DNA of 62,382 nt, the filler included. It is 13 parts of 13 records of this genome, joined end to end, with 100 filler letters (N's around TTAATTAATTAA, not from the genome) between each part and the next. Parts side by side here need not be neighbours in the genome. Positions count along the whole stretch, not along the records: positions 1 to 5,551 come from SRR7504441_18331; positions 5,652 to 11,958 come from SRR7504441_18381; 11 more parts are not named here. The stretch is one strand, 5' to 3'. The translations under genes were made by a program, and so were the position numbers. Shown piece by piece: positions 1 through 9,477 of this stretch; the stretch's first letter is position 1; each line of letters opens with the position of its first letter. Under the pieces are notes generated by a model. The model saw only the letters and a list, made by a program, of their open reading frames with translations, made no database searches and was not told the DNA's origin.

Positions 1-99
1 CAAGGCTTTGATTGCGCTTACTCCAATTGTCTGTAGATCTATGCAATCATTAGCTCGGACAAGGAACTTTGCATGTGCACGCATCTCGAGAGGCGTTAA

Positions 100-1384
100 T
101 TAAGTACGCCCAACCGCAAAGGGCTCCTTATCAAACCCGTGCACTAGCTTGAACAGGATCGCCTTGTGCGCGTGCAGCCGGTTCTCGGCCTGGTCGAAAA
201 CGATGCTCTTCGGCCCGTCGATCACAGACGCGGTCTGTTCCATCCCGCGGGCGGCCGGCAGGCAGTTCATAAAGATCGAGTCCGGGTGCGTCAGCGCCAT
301 CAGTTCGTCGTTGACCTGCCCCCCAACTGACCCCCCACGGCCAACCCGGGCGCCTGGTACGGCATGAACGTCTGCTTGCGCGCCTCCATCTGCTCGTTGT
401 CAATACCGTAGCTCATCCATGAGTCACAATAAACCACGTCAACCCCTGCCCCGCCCGCTGCCCCAGCGCCCCCAGCCCGGCACCGCTGACAGCTTCCCGC
501 GGGTCGCCGACGATCTCGAAAGAGCCGGCGCCCTGCGTGTCAGCTGCGAGGTTGTCACACTCTCGGATGACGGCCGGCTCAACGTCATACCCCTCGCCAG
601 ACGGCCCACACACGTTGATGTGGAAGCCCGTGGACACCGCCGCCCGCATCAGGTCGTAGGTCACATTGTTGGCCACATCCCCCAGGAAGGCCATCTGTCC
701 GAACTCGCACGGCCGGCGCCGGACCGCACCTTGATCCCTGCCAGCCCACCTGCACCCGGCCGAGTGAGCACAAAGCGCCCCCCCCCCGCGCACCCTTGGC
801 CTCGACGATCGCCTGCATATCGGCCACCATCTGCCCCCGGCTCGCGCCGGCCGCCCGGGCCGGCCGCCTGGGTGGGGTGAGCGAAGTCGTCGAGTCCGTT
901 GATGGTCGGGACCGTGGCGTGCTCGGCGAGCTCGGCCACATCTTGCCGGCTGTTGAGCCGGGCCATGATCACGTCCACGTACCGGCTGAGCACTCGGGCC
1001 GTGTCGGCGATCGTCTCCTTCTTCCCGAGCGGGGCTTTAGCGTCGATGGGGTAGTTGATCGCATTCCCTCCCATCTGTGAGCCCGGCTGGCGCTGGCCCG
1101 GGGGCGGGCGGTGCCTGGGTCATCCCGACCTGGAACGAGACGGAGGTCCGGAGCGACGGTTTCTGGAACAGCATGATTAGGCTCTTGAGCTGCATGGCAT
1201 CCGCGTACGCCTCGGGGTTGGCCTTCAGGTCGGCGGCACAGCGGAGCGTCTCCTGGATCTCCCACGGCGAGAAGTCCGAGATTTTGGTCAGGTGCCGCAG
1301 CCCCGCCTCGCTGCTCATCAGCCGCCCCGCGCAACCCAGAGCCGGCCTCGCCGTGCGCAGAGCGGCGCCCCCGAGGCTGTGCAT
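100..1384 (-). CDS. OTC: Ornithine carbamoyltransferase with probable mitochondrial presequence; 7 exons
   Basis: Spliced exons 1384-1115, 1074-868, 830-794, 749-730, 694-484, 445-354 and 315-100 give 350 aa. Motifs [48 protein letters not shown]-terminus is Arg/Ala-rich and free of acidic residues. Confidence 0.93.
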
Positions 1385-1402
1385 AGTTGAACTGGATGGC
1401 AG

Positions 1403-1431
1403 TTTATTCCGGATTTTTTTATTCCGGATTT
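1403..1431. promoter_or_regulatory. Duplicated motif TTTATTCCGGATTT in a putative bidirectional promoter
   Basis: 14-nt direct repeat at 1403-1416 and 1418-1431, inside the 87-bp gap between divergent ATGs at 1384 and 1472. Confidence 0.4.
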
Positions 1432-1471
1432 ACTTGTGACGTACTGACTGCCGAGACCCGCTGGCAGCGCG

Positions 1472-1774
1472 ATGGTGGACCAGCAGCAGGGGGCGGCGAC
1501 CGCCGAGCAGATCCAGCTGCAGCTGCGGCGGGCGGCGGTGCGGCGCCGCGGGTTTGTGCGCAAAGTCAGCCGAGAGGGGCTGGTGTTCCTCCCGCTGCTG
1601 CTGCTGATCCTGACCGTCGCGCATCATATTGTAGGCAGATCTCATCCAGATACTCCATTTCATCCTGCAACCTCTTCGGCTCGTCGATGTCCTGCGTGGA
1701 TGCAATCAAATTGTACTCGCACTGAATGGGCTGCGTACCGTCTTCATGGGGCCAGCTGTGGAAACTGGCTTTAA
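1472..1774 (+). CDS. Hypothetical small single-pass membrane protein
   Basis: GC-rich ATG-started ORF divergent from OTC, with one hydrophobic stretch (LVFLPLLLLILTVA); followed by AT-rich intergenic DNA. Confidence 0.45.
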   Translation: MVDQQQGAATAEQIQLQLRRAAVRRRGFVRKVSREGLVFLPLLLLILTVAHHIVGRSHPDTPFHPATSSARRCPAWMQSNCTRTEWAAYRLHGASCGNWL

Positions 1775-2171
1775 GTCCTCAGCACCATCACTACGTATGA
1801 TCGAGCCAGTGGCCACATGCTGTGGAATTTGCCATTGGTAATAAGAAATATGTGATAGGATAATTCTCTTGCTCAGCATGCAGCTCTCCCGGCCGCTTCA
1901 AAGTCAGTTTCAACAGGATGTGCGATAAAGTTGACCATGCTGCTGGGATAGTATACCTGGCACAAATCGTGAGAACAACAACGAATTGGCGCGAATAGCT
2001 CGTCAACCTTCGATATTTTACATCCTACGTTCTAAAGAATGAACATGTGCATATGAAACACGATCGGGCTTTCATTAGTTCCCTCCATATGGGATTGACA
2101 TGGGAGTCTAATGACTGATGCCTAACTGATGCCTAAATAATCGATCAGTTGTCATTGAACAATGACGTCAA

Positions 2172-3408
2172 CTACAGATTGAGCTCTGAAATCTGCTCGG
2201 TCGCAGCCTTGACTTTTTTCGTCCCAGGGGAGTCTGGAAAGCACTGCGGTTCGAGATGGGGCGACTTTCGCTTCTCCTTGGTCACGCTCGCATCGTCTCC
2301 TTCACCACACGCAGGGCGCAACTGCGGCGAAATCGGCCCAGAAGCCGCCGCCTGCCCCGCGTCAGCCGTGCAGGGAGCCCAGCGCACGCTGGCGTTCAGC
2401 TCCCACTCATACATCCTAAGCGCTTCCATCAGCCCCTTGCCGTCTCCTCCGACGCTCTCGAGATCTCCCCCGCCGATATTAACCAAAGGCCGTTGGGCAG
2501 TTAGAGCCTCAAGGGCCGCGTCCAAACTCTTGGCGCTCTCTTGCAGGAACATCAAGTACGCCGCGCATATGCAGGCCGACCTGCCCTAGCCTGAGCCGGC
2601 CCAGCTCGCGGGCTAGCCTTCGAATCCCAGTCCCACAGCAAACCAAGACGTTAGACTTGCCAAACCGATGTCCCCGGCCCACAAAATCGACGCAGCTATC
2701 TATATGTGGAAGCACTTCATTGGTCGGACCCAGCATCACCTGTGCCGGCTATTCCGGCCGCGGCCGACTCGGCCGGCATCACCTGTTTGTACTCGACTCC
2801 ATCCGTCGACCAAAGCATGTCCACCTCGTCCGAGAAAAGGGTTCTGTAAACCGACAGAAGACCGGATCAGCCAACAGCCGACGGCGCCGCGCGCGGAGGA
2901 GGGCACAGAATTTTGCGAATCTTGTGGAAGGCGAGCACGAATCGACTCTCTGTTGCCGAGACGGTGCCGATGAACAAGCCGCCTTGATCGGCGGTAGACG
3001 CCTCGTCAGGGGTTCGGATCTTCTGAAGCGAAGTCTCCCGCTGGAGCTCCTGCCACCGCCGTGTCAGCCGGTGGCTGGCAGCTCGATGCCCACCGCAGTG
3101 ACAGCCTCTCGCAGCCTAGCCGGGTCGCAGCCCGAGGCTTCACCAGCCTGTGCGACAGCCTCAGTAGGGTGGGCGGGCCGGGACACCTCAGCCCAGCTGT
3201 CGACGGCGGAGGCAACCACGTCCTTGGCGGTCTTGGCGAACCGGTGGATGGCCTCCACCGTGCTGAGGTGGCTCAGAGGCCCGGCAAAGGGTGGCGGCCA
3301 CCTCTGGAGTTTGTCGAGCGGCCATCCTTCGAACTCGTACTCGGCATCGTAAGGGGGCAGCGGAGGGGGCGGTTCGGTCGGCGGTCTCGGAACGTTGTCT
3401 CCTCCCAT
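2172..3408 (-). CDS. Atypical dual-specificity phosphatase; 6 exons
   Basis: After removing five introns (including 3148-3186, 2740-2782 and 2581-2617) it reads GGLFIGT...HKIRKIL...NVLVCCGTGIRRSACICAAYLM...LDAALEALTAQRP...GLMEALRMYE. This is the DSP fold with CX5R. Confidence 0.8.
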
Positions 3409-3960
3409 GCTCTCTGGCGGCTGCTCGGCGCAACCGGCACGCCTGTTCCCTGTGGCTGCAGCTGCTCTCTTAGAATCGGACGGCTCACAACCCCCGGCCC
3501 GACAGCCTGAAGCCTGCTGCTGATGAGTCAAGGCTGAGTTAAATGGTTGCGATGCGCATGCCGTGCCTGTGCCGCACCTCAGTTCCAGATAAAGAAACTC
3601 GAGTGACATGCTTCTAAATCATCGTATCAGGATCCACATGCGTCACCTAGGCTGTTTAGAACCAGTTAGTGCCGGCGGTGGAATTTTTTTTATTTCAATT
3701 GAATCCTAGTCGTTGGAAAGAAGAATAGGTTTTCTCTGGCCGAGGGAATAATGCGTACAGCTGGATATGGCGTGAGCAATCGGCCACGAAAACTGTTCTG
3801 TCAGTGATCGGGCTGCGGTGGGGGGCGGTCCACAGACAAGAGCATGGTGCGCCCGATTGCCCTGTCCCACCTACGCCCCACTAGTCTGGTGCAGCCGAAT
3901 CCAGTGAGCCAAATTGCCGTTACAGCGGAACAACGGCACGTTCTGTGGAGCCTCCCGACC

Positions 3961-4933
3961 ATGGCCGCGGCGCAGGGCCAATCGCAGCGTCAGCTGATCA
4001 CCCTGCGGGGCTCCGTCCAGGCAGGCTGCCCTCCCGCGCCCGCTCAGCCCGGGCAGGTGGTCACGGAGTTCTTCGGGTACGCGATCAACTCGATCCTCTA
4101 CCAGCGCGGTGCCGGCCCCCTGGGCCCCCACCAGCCCCGGCAGGCATATACCCGCCAGAGGACTTCCAGGCTGTCCAAAAGTGCTGGCGGGCGCGCACCG
4201 AGCGGCTCACCGGCCGGGCAGGTACGGGCTCTCGATGCTGGTCACTTGCGACGATGGGCTGCGTCAGTACCTCGGGCAAGTGCTCACACAGCTCTCGGGT
4301 GGTCGCCCAGCCGGCGGTGGGCCGATCCCGGGGGGTAGAGTGGCTGCTGGCGGGCTCGGTGCGCAACCTGGTGATCGCCATCTGCGACGTCGAGACAGGC
4401 GACTGTCTCCGATGGGCGGTGTGCGACAGGGCAGGTGCAGGCGAGTCGCTAGAACGCTGGGAGTTCAAAATTGAGACGGACCAGAAGGCAGCCGGCAGGT
4501 GGGCGGGGCAGGCGGGGCCGGGGGCGAGCGGGGCGCAGCGAGACGGGAGTGGAGCACGACGAATCGCGTATGACTTCTGAGATCCAAGCCATCATCAGAC
4601 AGGCCGGCTGCCTCGCGGGTCGGGTCGAGTGGGGGCGCAGATCACGGCGAGCGTGACCTTCCTGCCGCTGCTATCCACGCCGTGCACGTTTGACCTGCTG
4701 GTGTACACAGACAAGACGGTGGCCAGTGTCGCGGGAGTGGCGATTTGAGTCGAGCTCTCAGGTGGAGATACCTGAGGCCTGGGAGGAAAGCGACCCACGG
4801 TACATCGCACAGAACGCCGAGGTCCGGCTCCGCTCCTTCACCACCAAGGTGCCGTTGGAGGAAGGGGGGGGGGGAGTGCGGGGGGCAGATTCACAAGATC
4901 GATGCGGCTGTTTCGTTCAAATCGGAGGATTGA
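3961..4933 (+). CDS. MAD2: Spindle checkpoint protein MAD2 (HORMA); 10 exons
   Basis: Introns 4021-4056, 4109-4143, 4181-4221, 4299-4338, 4399-4440, 4499-4538, 4603-4640, 4719-4761 and 4849-4888 leave 618 nt = 205 aa. Motifs ITLRGS, EFFGYAINSILYQRGIYP, ERWEF, EIQAIIRQITASVTFLP, WEESDP, VRLRSFTTKIHK. Confidence 0.97.
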
Positions 4934-5292
4934 TACCGAGCAGGAGGCGATTAGAGGTTTTAAAATTAAGCCGCGAGTTTGGGGTGCTGGGGAGCGGCTG
5001 CTGCCTGCATGGCTGTCTGCCAGTTGGTGGGCGGTGCACAAAGAGGATGATTCATATGTAATCTAAATCATAAATAAATGCAAGTACATTAGCTCAGTCT
5101 CTATAAACCTGAGCAGCCATGCCGTCACGGTGAACGTACAAATCTACCCATCTGCAACAAATGAATTGGGAATTTTAATAAGAATAAAGGACTAGACAAT
5201 CGTCAGAACCCGATCAATGTCAGCTGCGCCTTATCTACAGCCCACGTGCGTGCATTTACGGGGGGCGAGCCCGCCGCACCGCGCCCGAGCGG

Positions 5293-5551
5293 TCATCTCA
5301 GCCGGCCCGATCCGCTATACGCCCGATTGAGCACCTCTGCCCGCCGCTGGCTGCGGGCCGGCTGGGCTTGCCACCGTGAAATCCGACCTCGGGATCCGGC
5401 CGGTACCCCAACGGCCCCGGCCGGGGGATGTTGCTGCCCACCCGTCCGCCCGCCCCCCCGGCCGGCCCGCACCGTGGCCGCATAGGAATCGCGCCGGCTG
5501 GCACTTCCCTCGGGTGCCTGCGGCCGCTCAGCAGGCCCCGGTAGGGGGGGG
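5293..5551 (-). CDS. 3' fragment of an unknown intron-containing gene
   Basis: Very GC-rich, with intron-like GT/GC...GGGCAG segments; tentative spliced peptide ...NIPRPGPLGYRPDPEVGFHEVLNRAYSGSGRLR*. Truncated by the linker. Confidence 0.35.
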
Positions 5552-5651
5552 NNNNNNNNNNNNNNNNNNNNNNNNNNNNNNNNNNNNNNNNNNNNTTAAT
5601 TAATTAANNNNNNNNNNNNNNNNNNNNNNNNNNNNNNNNNNNNNNNNNNNN
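5552..5651. other. Artificial contig linker (44N-TTAATTAATTAA-44N), first of 12
   Basis: Identical 100-nt all-frame-stop spacers at 5552-5651, 11959-12058, 16497-16596, 20378-20477, 24715-24814, 28603-28702, 32787-32886, 38707-38806, 45279-45378, 48419-48518, 53197-53296 and 56711-56810. Genes are truncated at them, so adjacency across them is meaningless. Confidence 0.98.
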
Positions 5652-8600
5652 CACCAAACCAAGCCCTGGCTATGGAAGTTTCCAATAGCTTGTCAGCTGT
5701 CAGTACCGTGAGCAGCCTGGACAGCAGTGAGCTTGCGATAGTGTTTGACCAGGATCGCACAGCCCTGCAGGCGGCACTCTCCTGGCTGATAAGCCAGAGG
5801 CACACCCGTTGGGTCAAGCTTATCGAGCCGACTGTGCTTCACAGCAGCTATGCCCGTTGGATATCGCAGACCAACATTCGAAATGAGATGCCTTACTGGG
5901 ACGCCAGTCTGGATGGGCGAGAGATTGGCAATGGCATAAATCAAAAGGCGGCTGGAGAAGTGATTGTGACGGCTGACACTGGGCTCGACTGGGGAAATTG
6001 CCTGATGTTCGATCAAGCAACCGATCCAGCCCTCTTCGACAGCAAATTGCCCGAGGGGGCTTCTTTCCCAGTCCCGGATAAGACCAGTGGCCATAGGAAG
6101 ATCTTGGCCTATTGGGGTTACATGGACAAAGTTGACGTGCCGGATGGCCATGGCACACACGCCGTTGGAGTTGCAATCGGTGACTCCGGAGGGTATGGTC
6201 CAGCTGAGCTAAGCCAATTCTCTGGGTTGGCTAAAGGGGCCAAGGTTTTATTTATGGATGCTTCCTGTTCGACAGCTGGAGGGTGCGACTGCAGTACCTG
6301 CTCGTGTGCAGGACAAGGTTTCCCATGGTGCGCTGAGCGGGTGAACGGCGTGTGTGTTGATGCCGGATGGACATGCCTGCCAGACGAGAAGGGTAAAAGG
6401 TTGGTTCTACCGACCTTTTTCACCAGCGGGCCGTATTTGTGGGCCAAAGAGACGAAGGCTTCGGTGATCTTGCACACTTGGGGCAGCACGACCGCCTCCA
6501 AGGCATACAACGTGGAGAGCGAAGAGATCGACAAATTCTTGTGGGAGAACCCATACACTGTGTCGGTGATTGCAGCCGGCGACATGGGGACAACGGATGG
6601 TTGGAGCAGCATCAGCGGGGTGAGTTTCTCTAAGAACGCGATTGTCGTAGGAGCAAGCCACACTTCGGGCGAAGCTTACATGCAAGCGATGTCCAGGTTC
6701 ACTGAAGCGGACAACAAGCCCGACTCTGTGATGCTCGGCCGGCTTGAGCAAGCCAGAGAACTGCTCATACAAGAGCACTGCTCCTGTGACGCGCTCAGCG
6801 ACAATGTAACTACTGAAATACTTGTACTCCGACAACCAACATGCAGCAGCTCCGACTGTATTGCCGCAAAAGCGCTCAACACTCTCGATGCTTGTTGCAA
6901 CACCAAATTCAAGCTGCTGTGCTGTCCTGGCGCCCAGGCCAGCTATGCTGATTCGGGCGACTATACGCTCGACAACGTGGCGGCCTCGTCGTCTCGAGGG
7001 CCTGTGACAGGCGGGCACACGGTTCCGATGCTGGTGGCCCCGGGACTGATTTCTTCGGCACGAGCACGAGCACCCAGCACCGAGTGCAGCTCGTTCTCCG
7101 ATTCTGGATACTCAATTGTTGCCCGAGAGGGCACTTCTGTAGCAGCTGCGCATGTCTCTGGCCTGGTGACTATCATCAGACAGTACTTTAGGAATGGGTT
7201 CTATCCAACCAAAATGAGAAACATTGGCACCTTCCCCGCTCCAAGACACCGAAGGCGGGTTGCAGGTTTGAATGGCTGGACGCAAGGTGATGATTTCGAC
7301 CCGCCGTCGTCGCTGGTCAAGGCTATGCTCATGCTCTGCTCGGATCCTCTGCGAGGAAGTGTGCAGACCGAACGGTTCACAACCCGGGGCTCGACCCTGC
7401 CTCTAGCGCTGACTGAGCAGGCCGAGCAGGGATGGGGTCGACCCCAGCTGGACAGATGTCTCCCAATGCTCCCTCCTAGGCACCCACCGGAGTTCAGATT
7501 GCTTACAGAGATAATCCGCGACTCTGAGAATACCCGACGTAGCGACGACGACATCCAAGACTTCTCCACTGGGCTGCTGCCCAAGCTTAGCCTCGGGCAT
7601 ACCTACCAGCTCTGCTTCGAGGTGCTCGATCCGGCCCAGGGCCTGCGAGTCGGCATAGCCTGGTTGGACTACCCAGCCGGCGTCGGTGCTCACGCCAGTG
7701 CGCTAACTCTGGTAAACGATCTCGATCTGCGGCTCTCTGGGGGGCCAGGCGGCACTCGGCTTGGTAACGAGCTGGCCAGGCCAGGCCCTGTGGGCACAAT
7801 CGAGCAGCTGCCGGACCGGAACAACAACTGGGAGCAGATCCGAATTCCGGCTGGAGACCTGCACCTAGGCAGCCGATTCCGGCTGCAAGTGTCTGCACAC
7901 CGACTGGTGACTGCGGAGCAGGAGTTTGCCGTGGCAGTGCTCGGGAGCGTCAGGAACGGCACCTGCCCAGCCTGCATGGCCGGCGCAACCCAACCATGCA
8001 CTGTAGACGGGGGAGAGGGCACGCAGCAATGTAATACGCACTTGGGCGAATTTTATGAAGAATGCCAGGTGGTGTCCTGTCAGGCTAACTATGCACCAGG
8101 AGAGGAGGGAACGAGCTGCGTGAGCACTGCTGTGCTCACGCCTGCACCCACTGCGACCAGGGACGAGTGCGACCTCTGGATGGACTGGTGGTGCGGTGTC
8201 AGAGACAACTGGACCACGATAGCAATCGTCAGTGGCAGCGTTTTGTTTGTGGTAATAGCTGGATACGTGCTCTATAGGATTTTGCGGAACGCTTTCGACC
8301 CCAGTCTCAAACCGGCAGAGGCCTCGAGTGCGATCAGGCTGGCGCTCTCGGACTCGCTGCAAGAGAGCGTGATGCGGACAGGCCACGACGAAGCGCTGAT
8401 GCGGACCCACTTTGAGTTCAAGCAATTTGAGGAGATGGGTCGCGCGTTCAGGCTGTGGGCATTCGAGGACGCTGCCCTGAGCTACGAGCCGTTCAAGGAG
8501 CGGCGGTCGCAACGATGGGCCTTCATGATCTGGGCGGACGTGTGGGCGGAGGAGGTGGACCCAGAGAAACGGCGGGATCTCAGTGAATGCCAGTTCCAGT

Positions 8601-8863
8601 TCATGACGGGCGAAATCAAGTTCGACAGATCAGCGCTGGGGATGCAGGGGGTGCTAAGCACTTGGGGCACTAAAGACGAGGTGGACGAGTTCGCCGTGGA
8701 GATTGGAGACAAAACAGACGGCTTTGAACCGGACTTCCGGCCGACGTGGGGTGCTGACCAGGGGCTGACCATGGGCACGGTGGAGCTAGATCTGGATGAT
8801 GAAGAGGCGTGCGAGCAAGCCAGTTGGATCACTCGAAGCGACAACCCCCTACACCGTGAATAA
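5652..8863 (+). CDS. Membrane-anchored subtilisin-like protease (S8, KP-43/Tag-like), probably 5' partial
   Basis: Catalytic motifs ADTGLD, GHGTH and EGTSVAAAHVSG; SSRGP; YFRNGFYP; P-domain-like LVNDLDL...DRNNNWEQI; TM TIAIVSGSVLFVVIAGYVLY. Probable in-frame GC-AG intron at 7227-7286. Confidence 0.9.
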
Positions 8864-9477
8864 AGAAAGACTTGACGATGTATAGATTACAGATTTATCA
8901 TAAACAGACCAATGTGGATAATCCTTGATACGCAGCGAGTCCTATGGCAAACTTTGGCTGATTAGCCATTTTACGTACACCGTATGAGCGTATACAAGAC
9001 CTTGTAAGTTACGTACTTGCAGCTTGTATTCGAGGGGAGCTTGTATTCTTAGCTGGCATTAGTGCTCTATAATTATTCATGTATTCAAGTAGATCTACAA
9101 AGTACAAGTAGTTAGTTGTACCTTTGCGATATGCTGAGTGTACATGAGGGCAGGCACAGCTTAGTGAAGGACTTAGGTCAGTTAGGTGAGTGGTATCTTT
9201 CAGGCTCGTCATGAATCATTCACATTGCTTATCGCTTCGCACACGATATCTGATTTCGTGCTTTCACCATGATTGTACGTTTTACGACCAAATACTGGAT
9301 CTACTTAATACAGATCCTGGAAGAGGCTTTGCTTCATCGTAGCCTCGGAAACGTGCTCATCAAGTGCCTCATATAGTTACGCTAGTGTCGGATCCATGGA
9401 CGCCTGCGGCACTCCGTGTCTCCAGGTAGAACAACTCTTGGCCCCTGCGCTTTCCTCTGTCTCTGGGGGCCCTGCAT

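Noticed and set aside
1140-1170. SLRT suggesting N-succinyl/acetyl-ornithine transcarbamylase
   Set aside because: The other motifs (HPTQ, DSWMSY, NCLPA, FDQAENR) fit OTC proper.
1472-1620. RRGFVRKV resembling a Bax-inhibitor/Lifeguard N-terminus
   Set aside because: Only one TM segment follows, and no splicing recovers a multi-TM BI-1 domain.
5596-5607. Recurrent TTAATTAATTAA palindrome as a biological repeat
   Set aside because: Always centred in N runs of fixed length; an artificial all-frame-stop linker.
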